A DNA stretch of 64,000 nucleotides from a bacterium (GCA_963675755.2 CAXXMD010000003.1:1408001-1472000), one strand, 5' to 3'; positions 10,322-20,370 are shown, numbered from the stretch's first letter. Program-made: numbers and translations. Notes: generated by a model from the sequence alone, not told the origin.

Positions 10322-11488
10322 TTATGAATTTTCTTCCTCTGTATCTTTGTTGCTTTTTAAATCACCAGAATCCTCGATGTTATCCGCAATCAAAATCTTT
10401 TCTTCATCGGATTGCTGCTTTTGCCGATGTTGGCGCACCTCGGGTAAAAAGTCTTTGAACGTCTCCCCGTAAATAGCCCAGACCGTTACAAACAAGGCGG
10501 CAATGATGGGCCCAATGATAAACCCAATGATACCGAACAAACCGATCCCGCCCAATGTCGAGAAAAAGATCAAGAGTTCGTGCATTTGGGTATCTCTTCC
10601 CACCCAACGCGGGCGCAAGAGATTATCAACACTGCCTACCAGCAATCCGCAATAAATCAGCAAGGCAATACCGGTAATAAAATGACCCGCTGCAATCTGT
10701 AACAGTACCGCCGGAAACCACACCAGCGACGATCCGATTGCCGGAATGATGGACAATACCGTCATTACCGTGCCCCAAAACAGGGCGCCATCTATACCCG
10801 CCACCCAGAACGCAAGGCCCGCAAGGCCGCCCTGAATAACTCCAATCAGCAGCGTTCCCTTTATGGTTGCGCGCGTAACCGAAGTAAACCGGTCAAGCAT
10901 GCGGCGCTCATCTTCATCGGTCATGGGTAAATAGTACAAAATCTTTTCAAGAATCTGGTCCCCCTCTTTTAAAAAGAAGAACAGAGTATACATGAATGCA
11001 AAAAACAGGAAAAAGAAATTGATTGTAGACAGCGTAGCAGAAGACAAGCTGTTTACAAGCACATTGCTGAGCTTGCCCACCATCTCGCCGCCTTTTTGCA
11101 GGATCTCTTGCTTGTACGATACCAGAGTTTCGGAATAGGGCAGCTTTTCCACTAGCTCGGTAAGCGCTGTGGGCTCATTGATACGCTGTTCAATCCAGGG
11201 TTTAACAGACTGGCTGATTTTAATGGCCTGCGCAGTAACAATACCAAATAAACCCGTCAGCGGTATCACCAGGATTAGCAGTATAAGCAGCAACGTAAGC
11301 AAAGAAGCCAGGTTTTTGCGCCCCCGCACCAACCTTTCAATTCTGCGATAAAAGGGTTGAAACATGCCCGCAAAAATTCCTGACAGCAAGATTACCATTA
11401 AAAAATGCCGAATCATTGCAAAAAACAGTGTCGAAATTACAATAACGACCAATAAAACAATGATATAATTGACTGTTTTTCGTTTCAT
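10322..11488 (-). CDS. AI-2E family transporter
   Basis: Polytopic protein with 'SIIPAIGS', 'VDNLLRPRWVG', 'FFSTLGGIGLFGIIGFIIGPII'. Confidence 0.92.
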   Translation of the reverse strand: MKRKTVNYIIVLLVVIVISTLFFAMIRHFLMVILLSGIFAGMFQPFYRRIERLVRGRKNLASLLTLLLILLILVIPLTGLFGIVTAQAIKISQSVKPWIEQRINEPTALTELVEKLPYSETLVSYKQEILQKGGEMVGKLSNVLVNSLSSATLSTINFFFLFFAFMYTLFFFLKEGDQILEKILYYLPMTDEDERRMLDRFTSVTRATIKGTLLIGVIQGGLAGLAFWVAGIDGALFWGTVMTVLSIIPAIGSSLVWFPAVLLQIAAGHFITGIALLIYCGLLVGSVDNLLRPRWVGRDTQMHELLIFFSTLGGIGLFGIIGFIIGPIIAALFVTVWAIYGETFKDFLPEVRQHRQKQQSDEEKILIADNIEDSGDLKSNKDTEEENS

Positions 11489-11502
11489 AAACTTTTCCTG
11501 CT

Positions 11503-12711
11503 TTATTTAAACCAATCCTCAAGGGATTTTTCTTTAAAATCTTTAATCAAAACATCTTTGCCGGGCATAGTATCAAATTGCAAAGGTTTATTCTCATAAC
11601 CGGCATGATAGCGGTTAATCAATTCTACCGCGTCTTTAACCACCTGTTGTTCACCCATACACGCCAGTTGTAAATAATTACGTAAAATGTTTAAATAGGT
11701 TTCCATTGACGCTTTGCCGGTAAATCCGTTTACCTCTTTTTGAACAGTATCCATCACATACTGTTTTGTTAAATCCATATCTTTTTGATATCGCTCACCA
11801 TCATAATAATAAATCTTTTTAAGATAAGGAAATAAATCGGAAACTGTACCATAGTGTTGATAATATACATCTGTCACCAACTCTTTCAAGCCATCGGAAT
11901 CTATATCAATGAATCGGGTGATCATTCTTTCCATTCTCAAGCGTTCAACAATCTTACCGTCTGAAAATTCCAATACTGTAAGATATCCCGGTCCACTTGC
12001 CAGTGCCGCTTCATGCAGGTAGAATTCCGTATAACCATTTTCATTATTATCAGCATACACAATATATTCTGTTCCCGCAAGCTCTTTTAAATCACCATCA
12101 ATTTTCTCACCGTCAAAATAGGATTCCGTCTCAATCACATATTCAAACGGTTTCCCGTCATCAAAGGTAAATACCTTTAGCCCTGTATAATCCCCCGGAT
12201 CAATATTTCCATAAATGGTAAGAATCTGCCACGGTATAGTCAGTACAATAGCTTCTTTACTTCCTTTGTTATTTAAATCTATAAAGAGAAAATCCGCAAT
12301 TTTCAAATCTTTATCAATCATTACACCCAGAGAATCGAGTTTATTTCTACAGACTTTGACCCTACTGCTTTCCCGGTGCTTCTCTCGTATTTTAGCCTCA
12401 AACAAACTGATAAAGACAACATTTTCCCTCTCAGTTTGCGATAACAGGCTATCGTTATATTGGGGATTAGCTTTATACCAAAATTTAGATTCAAAATAAT
12501 TCTGCAGTAAAGAATCTTTAAAGGTCTTGCCGTAATGCGCAAAGATTTGATTTCTCATAATACGCAAAATCTCCAGAGGCTCTTGTTCAATATCCGCCAT
12601 GGTTAATTTTTCGTATAGATTTATTTCACATTCATAATAATCAAAAATTAAATCCCCTGCATACAAATTACAAAACGAAATAACATACAACAGTAATACT
12701 GTTTTTTTCAC
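11503..12711 (-). CDS. Exported YARHG-domain protein
   Basis: 'LRIMRNQIFAHYGKTFKD.LLQNYF..KFWY....YNDSLLS..ERENV' YARHG-type domain after a signal peptide; FG-GAP-like 'DIDSDGLKEL' further on. Confidence 0.8.
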   Translation of the reverse strand: MKKTVLLLYVISFCNLYAGDLIFDYYECEINLYEKLTMADIEQEPLEILRIMRNQIFAHYGKTFKDSLLQNYFESKFWYKANPQYNDSLLSQTERENVVFISLFEAKIREKHRESSRVKVCRNKLDSLGVMIDKDLKIADFLFIDLNNKGSKEAIVLTIPWQILTIYGNIDPGDYTGLKVFTFDDGKPFEYVIETESYFDGEKIDGDLKELAGTEYIVYADNNENGYTEFYLHEAALASGPGYLTVLEFSDGKIVERLRMERMITRFIDIDSDGLKELVTDVYYQHYGTVSDLFPYLKKIYYYDGERYQKDMDLTKQYVMDTVQKEVNGFTGKASMETYLNILRNYLQLACMGEQQVVKDAVELINRYHAGYENKPLQFDTMPGKDVLIKDFKEKSLEDWFK

Positions 12712-12886
12712 GGTATCCCCTTAATATTTTTTACAAAATAACAAAACCCTTAAAATATAACAACAAGATTTAAACACAAGATAATTAATTATCCGTTAAA
12801 TTTTTAAGAACTTTTTTATTTAATATACGTTTTTTCTATAATAATGCTAAAATCACGGGTAAAGAAAAAGGGAACCACCAACAGAC

Positions 12887-13873
12887 ATGAATACAATTCC
12901 TACAATTATATACTCGAGTCGTTCCTTTAAAAAAATAATGGACCAGGCATTTCAGGTTGCCCCTTCCAGTAGTACGCTGCTGATCACCGGAGACACCGGT
13001 ACAGGAAAAGAACTGGTTGCGCGTATGGTCCATGCATCCGGGCCTCGTGCAAAAAAGCCGTTTATTAAGATTAATTGTGGCGCTATCCCTGAAAACCTGC
13101 TAGAAGCAGAATTGTTTGGTTATGAAAAAGGGGCCTTTACCGGGGCTCACACCAGCAAAAAAGGTAAACTGGAACTGGCAAGTGGTGGCACTCTCTTTTT
13201 AGACGAGGTGGGTGAATTGTCATTGGCCATGCAAGTAAAAATTCTCCATGTTCTGCAACACGGACAATTTGAACGTGTAGGAGGAACAGTTAGTCTAAAA
13301 TCAGATGTTCGCTTTATAGCCGCAACCAATATTGACCTTGAAAAAAAATTAAAAGAGCATCAATTCAGACAAGATCTCTACTACCGCATCCATGTAATAT
13401 CTATACATCTTCCCGCACTCCGTGACCACAGAGAAGATATACCCGCACTGGTTAACCATTTTACAGATATGTACAGCAGATTGAATAATAAAAACATTAA
13501 CGGAATTGAGCCCCGTGTTATCAAACAAATGATGAAATACCCCTGGTTCGGAAATATACGCGAACTGGAAAATATGATTGAAAGAGCGGTGGTGCTCAGT
13601 ACGGGCCCCTTACTGAACATGAAACTATTTCCGTTATTATCAATGCCCTCAGATGCAGAAAAAAAGCGAACTATACATGTTGAAATCGGATCGTCACTTG
13701 AAATTGTTGAACGCCAGGTCATTTTGCGAACCCTGGAATATTTCAATTTTGACAAACAAAAAACTGCTCGTTCCTTAGAAATTGGGCCCGCTACGTTATA
13801 TCGCAAACTCGAAAAATACAAGCTTGAAGAAATAACAGAATCAGCTGGTCCGCTTAATAATATGGTATCCTAA
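12887..13873 (+). CDS. Sigma-54-dependent transcriptional activator (AAA+ and Fis HTH) with no N-terminal sensory domain
   Basis: Walker A 'GDTGTGKE', 'ELFGYEKGAFTGA', Walker B 'LFLDEVGE', 'FRQDLYYRI', 'WFGNIREL', C-terminal HTH 'TARSLEIGPATLYRKL'. Confidence 0.93.
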   Translation: MNTIPTIIYSSRSFKKIMDQAFQVAPSSSTLLITGDTGTGKELVARMVHASGPRAKKPFIKINCGAIPENLLEAELFGYEKGAFTGAHTSKKGKLELASGGTLFLDEVGELSLAMQVKILHVLQHGQFERVGGTVSLKSDVRFIAATNIDLEKKLKEHQFRQDLYYRIHVISIHLPALRDHREDIPALVNHFTDMYSRLNNKNINGIEPRVIKQMMKYPWFGNIRELENMIERAVVLSTGPLLNMKLFPLLSMPSDAEKKRTIHVEIGSSLEIVERQVILRTLEYFNFDKQKTARSLEIGPATLYRKLEKYKLEEITESAGPLNNMVS

Positions 13874-15607
13874 ACGTGTTTTTATCGGATCAGGATTTAC
13901 TTGTCCTTCATAAAGCCTTTCAATAATCTCTTCAAGTTGTGGCAGCAAATCCCCTTTTTTAAAATATCCGGCATCTCCTCCCTTTCGCGCACTATACATA
14001 TCTTCTGAATATTGCTTTGCCAGTTCCTCAAAAGATTCACCCTTTTCCAATCGAACAAGCAATTCTCTGGCCATGGGTTCCGAACGCACAATGATGTGGC
14101 TCATCCGAATCTTTTCGGAGCGCTTTGCTTTAACAGGCGTCGAATTTGATATCAACTGATGTTCTTTATAAATATTCGGTATAACTGCAGATGTTGGCTG
14201 AACAAGAGAGTTAACCTGAAAAGTCCAGGCTGCATTAGCCCCGGGCAACGGTCGATTCACAATCCTGCCGGTTATGGTTTTAGCTTCAATATAATAACTG
14301 ATGTAGGATTCAAAGTCCTGCTTGGGAATTTTTGCGGACCAGACATGGGTGGAACTGGTTTGCATATTAATTTTGGTAAAGTCTTGTTGGGTTTTTGTTT
14401 TCCAGAACAAGGTAACCTGCTCCAGTTCGTTACGGCTCAGGATCTTTGCGTTAACCATATAACCATCAGCATTGCCGGACTGGTTATCCAATGCGGCATG
14501 CAGTATCGTTACCGGGTCATCTATACCGATCTCATGCGTTATACAATGTATTGTACCCTTTTTTTCATAAATATGATTAGCTGGTACTCCCACTATTTTA
14601 TATCCAGGCATACTCTCCCGATAGCATTGCAATGCCTTTTCATCAGTAGGAATATTAAAAACCGGGACAAATACAGTAGAATTGATGATCAACGAATTGA
14701 CATATGATGGGGATTTGTCTAAATGATAGATTTCCCCCGGAATTTCAGGTACCGGAACTTTTACAACCTTGAAATCTCTTCCAAAAGACGTCTTGTGTTT
14801 CAATATCTCTTGTATCACCGGTTCAGCAAGATGCGCCTTATCGGCAGATTCTTTGGTATAATCTTCAACCAGCAAGGTCTCTTCATTCAACAGTTTCACG
14901 AATAAATCCAAATGTCTGAAATCCAGATCCACTTTGATCAATCGTTTAAATCCAAAGTAGGTTTCAAATGTTTTATCATACTCTGACTCTGGTTTGGGCT
15001 TTTGCAGGTCCCTGTAAAACGTGTTCAGAACAGCCATTCCCATTCCATCTGTCAACAAGTTGGCACCACTATAAAACAGAGTAAAAGGAGGCAAAATCAT
15101 TTTATATACAGGCATATCCAAATGATAAGCAACATAGGTGGATGATTCATCGTCTTCACGGTGGGGTTGATCATATATCCAGTCAAGCAATACATGCTCA
15201 CCTAAAGCAGTATAAGCAGATTGCGGACCGTAATCACGCATCCAGGGAGTTCTCAAACCAAAAATCTCTATCAGTGTAATATTTTCAGTTGTCATACCCC
15301 TTTTTTTAAAATCCGCACGTGTAAAATCCTTATCATTACATAATACGATAACAGGTATAATTTCTTTGGTAGAATTGATCAAACCCGCCATATCATCCCA
15401 AAAGGGTACAGGGTATTTTTCTGTAGGTTCCAGAAACGGAATAATTACCGTTTGCACCGGTTCCCACTCGGCCGATGTTCGTAACTCCATTTTAGGAGGA
15501 TGATATTTATTATATTTACCATCTTCAACAACAGGCGTTTGTGCCTGAATCCATTGAAAAGCAACAATCAGTAAAAACAGTAGCAGTATTCGTTTCATCA
15601 TTCTCAC
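13841..15607 (-). CDS. Secreted agmatine/peptidylarginine deiminase-family protein with Ig-like domain and C-terminal parvulin (PpiC) PPIase domain
   Basis: 'SAEWEP', 'WMRDYGP', 'RHLD', 'SYVNSL', 'GTIHCITHE' amidinotransferase motifs; C-terminal 'SHIIV...FEELAKQYSED...GGDAGYF...IKTRLGYHIIK'. The true start may be ATG 15601 or 15598. Confidence 0.88.
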   Translation of the reverse strand: MRMMKRILLLFLLIVAFQWIQAQTPVVEDGKYNKYHPPKMELRTSAEWEPVQTVIIPFLEPTEKYPVPFWDDMAGLINSTKEIIPVIVLCNDKDFTRADFKKRGMTTENITLIEIFGLRTPWMRDYGPQSAYTALGEHVLLDWIYDQPHREDDESSTYVAYHLDMPVYKMILPPFTLFYSGANLLTDGMGMAVLNTFYRDLQKPKPESEYDKTFETYFGFKRLIKVDLDFRHLDLFVKLLNEETLLVEDYTKESADKAHLAEPVIQEILKHKTSFGRDFKVVKVPVPEIPGEIYHLDKSPSYVNSLIINSTVFVPVFNIPTDEKALQCYRESMPGYKIVGVPANHIYEKKGTIHCITHEIGIDDPVTILHAALDNQSGNADGYMVNAKILSRNELEQVTLFWKTKTQQDFTKINMQTSSTHVWSAKIPKQDFESYISYYIEAKTITGRIVNRPLPGANAAWTFQVNSLVQPTSAVIPNIYKEHQLISNSTPVKAKRSEKIRMSHIIVRSEPMARELLVRLEKGESFEELAKQYSEDMYSARKGGDAGYFKKGDLLPQLEEIIERLYEGQVNPDPIKTRLGYHIIKRTS

Positions 15608-15640
15608 CTGGTTAATTGTTGATAAAATAAAAACCAGTCA

Positions 15641-15658
15641 TGACAAAATACATACCAA
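15641..15658 (-). promoter_or_regulatory. Candidate sigma-54 (-24/-12) promoter of the deiminase gene
   Basis: Minus strand TTGGTATGTATTTTGTCA: GG-N10-GT, a near match to TGGCAC-N5-TTGC, about 35 nt before the start. Confidence 0.4.
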
Positions 15659-15771
15659 AAATCATACAAAGCTAAACAATTGTTATAAATAAAGATAGAA
15701 AATCAAAGATCTATAATTTTTGCCAAAATCAATCATTATAATAGATAAATCTTGAATTGGCACTGTTTTAT

Positions 15772-15825
15772 TCTCATTTTAATACAAAAATCAATTTTTC
15801 GTTATTTTATTTTATCAAAATGAGA
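15772..15825. promoter_or_regulatory. Candidate enhancer (UAS) pair for a sigma-54 activator
   Basis: TCTCATTTTAATA (15772-15784) and TATCAAAATGAGA (15813-15825) are 12/13 inverted copies lying ~115-170 bp upstream of the candidate -24 box. Confidence 0.4.
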
Positions 15826-15846
15826 GATATTTCCGTTTTCCCCAAT

Positions 15847-15880
15847 AAAAAAGGGGTTTGAATAATAATTCAAACCCCTT
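15847..15880 (-). terminator. Intrinsic terminator of the LamG gene
   Basis: 13-bp stem AAGGGGTTTGAAT/ATTCAAACCCCTT followed by a T-tract on the minus strand. Confidence 0.88.
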
Positions 15881-15903
15881 ACAAATTGTATTTGAAAAAG
15901 ATA

Positions 15904-17169
15904 TTATTTCAAAAGAATCATTTTTTTAATATCAACAGACCGGTTATTGGTTTCCAGTTTATAAAAATAAACACCGCCCGGTAAGCTGCTGCCATTAAAT
16001 TGTACCGAATACTCTCCAGCTGATTGGTTTTGATCTACCAGAGTTTCTACCAATTGTCCCAATGCATTATAAACAGTCAATTTTACATGATTTTGTTCAT
16101 CAAGTGCATAAGTGATCTGGGTTCCGGGATTAAAAGGATTTGGATGATTCTGTGCCAGCCAAATGCTTTGTGGTCTCTTGACTGTAACAACCTGTACAGG
16201 TGAATAATCCGTTTGACCTTGTGGATTGGTAAAGCTCACGCGATACCGAACAGAGGTTTGGTCAGATGACAAGGTAGAAAGATCATCAGTAAAACTAAAA
16301 TTATCTACATTGCCTGGATCTCCAAAAACAGTACCAATGGTAACCCAGGTCTGATCGATTGCACGCTGAACGGTAAAGATCTCCTGCTCAGTAATAGGAG
16401 ATGTATGCCAGTTCATGGTCACTTTATCATGATCATATTTGGCATTAAATGAATAAACCAGTACCGGCAAGGGAGCGTCACCCAATACCCAGGTTGGGTC
16501 AGTTCCTTCAGCAGAACCTGTTTGGCCCAGTTGTCCATCATTATTGTTTGAAGATTCATCGTTTGTGGATTGGCCAGAACCTTCATCGAAATGATACAAA
16601 GTTGCCGTACTACCATCAGCAACAAAAGGTGAATTACTTGGTGTAAAATTTGAAGTATATATTGCCGTATTTGAAACACGTACTTCATCTATAACACCCT
16701 GAAATCCCCACGATACGGATTCATTATTTCCAACCTTTAAATTACCGGTTGGTGTAGAAGGTGCAGCACTACCCACTGCAGTACCGTTTCCATTGATGTA
16801 TAATGTCCAATTACCACCATTGCGCACAATAGCCAAATGTGTCCATGAACCCACGGATATCGTACCGGCATTTTGGAAAGAAGGTGCTCCAACATGTAAA
16901 CTGACATTACTGTTTGAACCATCAATTGTTATTCCATAACCGTTTGTACCTGTTGTACCATTATACAAAATGATCTGATTCGCGGCATTCGAACCAGCCC
17001 ATTTAACCCAGCACTCCAGCGTAACATTGTCTGTAGCTGTGGTTGCTACAGAGCCCCCAAAAACAACATTATCTACATCACCGGCAAAATTCAGTGCATA
17101 ACCGGATGTTTGCGCATTAATGCTGAATGCAAGGAGCATAATAAAAAGACTTGTAACTAACGATCTCAT
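15904..17169 (-). CDS. Secreted LamG (ConA-like) domain protein with Ig-like linker and T9SS type-A-like CTD
   Basis: 'TLECWVK', 'WTHLAIVR..TLYING', 'FQGVIDEVRVS', 'LYHFDEGSG'; 'LPVLVYSFNA'; 'QNHPNPFNP...YNALG...GVYFYKL...KKMILLK'. Start moved to ATG 17169, after AAGGAG. Confidence 0.88.
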   Translation of the reverse strand: MRSLVTSLFIMLLAFSINAQTSGYALNFAGDVDNVVFGGSVATTATDNVTLECWVKWAGSNAANQIILYNGTTGTNGYGITIDGSNSNVSLHVGAPSFQNAGTISVGSWTHLAIVRNGGNWTLYINGNGTAVGSAAPSTPTGNLKVGNNESVSWGFQGVIDEVRVSNTAIYTSNFTPSNSPFVADGSTATLYHFDEGSGQSTNDESSNNNDGQLGQTGSAEGTDPTWVLGDAPLPVLVYSFNAKYDHDKVTMNWHTSPITEQEIFTVQRAIDQTWVTIGTVFGDPGNVDNFSFTDDLSTLSSDQTSVRYRVSFTNPQGQTDYSPVQVVTVKRPQSIWLAQNHPNPFNPGTQITYALDEQNHVKLTVYNALGQLVETLVDQNQSAGEYSVQFNGSSLPGGVYFYKLETNNRSVDIKKMILLK

Positions 17170-17305
17170 ATGCATCTCCTTTGGTTTATAAAAACTATCA
17201 TGGCTTACCAGAAAATAAATAATGGTCAACAGTGGAAATTGCTGAATTATATCTATATTTTCATCGAACTACAGAACAGCTTAATAGCTTAAACGCAAAA
17301 AACCA

Positions 17306-18358
17306 TCATTTAATTTCAATTAAATTGTCTTTTTTGGAAATAATATTCCCCACAATCCAGGCTTGTTCTCCCCTTTCCCCAAGAGCACTCAAAAATGCTT
17401 GCGCTCTGTTTTCATCAATTGCTATTAATAATCCTCCGGATGTTTGCGGATCATTTAGCAAATATTGATCGTTTAGATCCAAATTTGCTGCATAATTCAC
17501 ATTCGGTGCAACATACAAATGATTTGCTTTGGTCCCACCCGGAACAAATCCTTTCTGTGTTGTTTCAATCGCATCTTTTAGAATGGGCAAATTTTCATAT
17601 TCAAAACTGATACTAACATTGCTACCTTTTGCCATCTCTAACGCATGTCCTAAAAATCCGAATCCCGTAATATCAGTACAAGCATGCACACCACCCACAT
17701 TTTTACAACATTCGGCGGCATTTTTATTCAATCTGGCCATTTGTTCGGAGACCTTTTTAATCATTTCATCCGAACCTTTTCCTGCTTTTAACGCTGTAGT
17801 AATAGTTCCGGTTCCCAATGGTTTTGTTAAAATCAGAACATCTCCAGCTTTGGCACTACTATTGGTTAAAATATCTTTAGGATGGATTAGCCCCGTAACT
17901 GCCATTCCATATTTCAACTCATCATCCGAAATGGTATGCCCGCCAACAATGACCGTATTGGCTTCTCTGGCTTTTTCTGCTCCACCACGCAGAATTTCAC
18001 CCAAAACCTCCATGGGGAACGTATCTTTAGGAAACCCAACTATATTCAGAGCAGAGTATGGCACCCCACCCATGGCATAGACGTCACTTAATGAATTTGC
18101 AGCTGAAATCGCACCATACATATAAGGATCATCTACAATAGGCGTAAAAATATCCACGGTCTGCACCAATGCAATATCATCAGTTAATCTGACAATGCCA
18201 GCATCATCTGCAGTATTCAGTCCAACCAGGACCCGTTCATCTGTGAGGGGAGGCAGCTTTTCCAAAGCTGCGGCCAATTCATTTGGCGCCAGTTTAGACG
18301 CTCAACCCGCACACTTGACCGTTTCGGTCAATCGTTTTTCGATAAATTTATTGCTCAT
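17306..18358 (-). CDS. selD: Selenide, water dikinase (selenophosphate synthetase), selenocysteine-containing (UGA at codon 19)
   Basis: Motifs 'DDAG', 'QTVDIFTPIVDDPY..G.ISAANSLSDVYAMGG', 'TDITGFG', 'DPQTSGGLL'. The frame extends upstream through TGA (18302-18304) to ATG 18358 with RBS GGAG, giving MSNKFIEKRLTETVKCAG-U-ASKL. Confidence 0.95.
18268..18292 (-). promoter_or_regulatory. Candidate bacterial SECIS hairpin
   Basis: mRNA CUGGCGCCAAAUGAAUUGGCCGCAG begins 10 nt after the UGA; GCCAA/UUGGC apical stem closed below by CUG/CAG. Confidence 0.55.
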
Positions 18359-18663
18359 ATTTCTCCATAGGTGAATATCAAGATACATATTTTGCAGTAA
18401 ATCTCCTACAAATTTTCCAAGTTTTCAATTTTTAACGTTTTTTTATTGCATAAAAAAATAATAATAACTATATAATATTAAGATATTTATTAATAATTTT
18501 TAAAAATAAAATTTTTTTCTCTTTCCATTTTATCACTCAACTCAAGCTCTTTTTTGTAATCAACTTTTTACTGATATGGGGCTTTTGACAAGAAATTTAT
18601 CTTTTTAAAACATTGCAACCTATCTGTAAATCTGACGAAAAAAGAAATCTCTGCTATCCTCTC

Positions 18664-18692
18664 TTGCATTGAGCAGGAAAAAACATTATATT
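18664..18692 (+). promoter_or_regulatory. Candidate sigma-70 promoter for the SSS operon
   Basis: TTGCAT-N17-TATATT. Confidence 0.4.
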
Positions 18693-18862
18693 GAACATGT
18701 TGCGCTTGACAATTCCAGTTATACACTGATCAAAAATTGGCCCCCTCGCAACAAATTACACGTTAACCTCAAATAAAAGACAATCTCACTCGAGTTTAAA
18801 GTGCAGGTTAACCCAAAATTTTTAAATAAATTGTACAACTCTAAATCATAAAGGAAGAATAG

Positions 18863-20353
18863 ATGTTAAGTGGAATTGATTATTTTGTGGTTCTTTCCTA
18901 TCTGGTTGGAATCATGTTCCTGGGAATCTATTTTAAAAAGTTTGTGCATTCCTCAAGCGAATTTTTCCTTGCCGGAAGAACGCTGCCGTTTTGGGCAATT
19001 GGAATGTCCATTGTTGTGTCTGATATTGGCGCACTTGACTTTGTAGGTGTATCAGGACAAGCTTACCGTTTTGGTATTTCCGTAGGAAACTTTGACTGGA
19101 TCGGCTCTGTGCCTGCAATGCTACTCGCTGCACTGGTTTTTGTACCTTACTTTTGGAAAGCCGGTGTTTATACCATTCCCGAATATTTGGGCAGACGCTA
19201 TAACGATTCCGTACGGATGGTGGCAGCCATCACCTGGATCGTCTTTTTCGCGTTCAATCTGGGTGTATTGTTCTGGGCTACTGCAGTATTGCTGAAAACC
19301 CTTATGGGCTGGCCGGTTTGGGTGTCCATCATCCTGACTGCCGCTATTGTTGGTTTTTACACAACATCAGGAGGTCTTGCCGCTGTAATTATGACCGATG
19401 TAGTACAAATGATTATTATGTTTGTGGGTGGTTTTGCCCTTGTATTCTTGGGGATTCACCATATTGGTGGATGGGAAAATCTGGTTGAAAAAATTTCATC
19501 CATGGGACCGGAATACAAACATCATTTTGATCTCATACAACCGGTCGATACATCAACACCATTCCCCTGGACAGGTATTCTGTTTGGTTTAACCTTTGTT
19601 ATGGCAAATGCTTATATGATTGGTAACCAGACCATTGTACAACGATGCCTGTCTGCAAAAAACGAATGGCATGCTAAAATGAGTATGGTCTTTGGCGCGT
19701 TCTTCAAAATGTTTATTCCGTTTTTGGTACTTTTTCCAGGACTGTTGGCAATTGTTATGAATCCGGGTCTTGAAAACGGTGACGAAGCTTTTCCCATGCT
19801 GATCCGTACCCTTCTTCCTCCCGGTTTGAGCGGACTTTTATTTGCTGCGTTTATGGCTGGCCTAATGTCTTCTATTGATTCCATGCTGAATTCAACAGCA
19901 ACCTTGTGGACAAAAGACATTTACCAAAAATATATTAAAAAAGATGCTCACGATGACCACTATTTGATTGTTGGCCGGGTAACTACGGTAGCGATTCTGA
20001 TCTTTGGTGTAATAACTTCACCAGTAAGCAACGCTTTTCCTGGTATTTATGTAGCTATTCAAACCTTTTTATCCTTTTTCCAGGGACCGGTTTTCTCAAT
20101 CCTGTTCCTCGGTATTTTCTGGAAACGTACTACTCCCTGGGGCGCTTTTTCAGGTCTGGTTCTGGGTATTATGGTTTCCATTTCACTTTATGTGTTCAAG
20201 GCACAACTCTTTACCATTGAAGATCCATTCCTGTATGTTTCATGGTGGTCGTTTGTTGCCGGTTTTATAATCACATTTGTTGTAAGCCTGTTAACCAAAC
20301 CCAAATCGGATGAAGAATTGTCCGGACTGGTTTACAGATTAACTGTTAAATAA
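18863..20353 (+). CDS. Sodium:solute symporter (SSS, SGLT/sugar-type)
   Basis: About 13 TM helices; 'FFLAGR.LPFW.IG.S', 'TIPEYLGRRY', 'GGLAAVIMTDVVQ', 'QTIVQRCLSAK', 'AGLMSSIDS.LNS'. Confidence 0.94.
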   Translation: MLSGIDYFVVLSYLVGIMFLGIYFKKFVHSSSEFFLAGRTLPFWAIGMSIVVSDIGALDFVGVSGQAYRFGISVGNFDWIGSVPAMLLAALVFVPYFWKAGVYTIPEYLGRRYNDSVRMVAAITWIVFFAFNLGVLFWATAVLLKTLMGWPVWVSIILTAAIVGFYTTSGGLAAVIMTDVVQMIIMFVGGFALVFLGIHHIGGWENLVEKISSMGPEYKHHFDLIQPVDTSTPFPWTGILFGLTFVMANAYMIGNQTIVQRCLSAKNEWHAKMSMVFGAFFKMFIPFLVLFPGLLAIVMNPGLENGDEAFPMLIRTLLPPGLSGLLFAAFMAGLMSSIDSMLNSTATLWTKDIYQKYIKKDAHDDHYLIVGRVTTVAILIFGVITSPVSNAFPGIYVAIQTFLSFFQGPVFSILFLGIFWKRTTPWGAFSGLVLGIMVSISLYVFKAQLFTIEDPFLYVSWWSFVAGFIITFVVSLLTKPKSDEELSGLVYRLTVK

Positions 20354-20370
20354 GAGAGGATGGAGAGAAT

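Noticed and set aside
15757-15774. Plus-strand TTGGCAC sigma-54-like -24 box
   Set aside because: No TTGC at -12, and it points toward a terminator and the 3' end of an opposite-strand gene.
17306-18358. selD as a pseudogene with a premature stop
   Set aside because: The TGA falls exactly at the catalytic Cys/Sec position, with a downstream hairpin and an otherwise intact gene.
18359-18862. Riboswitch or ncRNA in the long selD-SSS intergenic region
   Set aside because: AT-rich, with only promoter- and operator-like motifs; I recognised no aptamer consensus by eye (an Rfam scan would be decisive).
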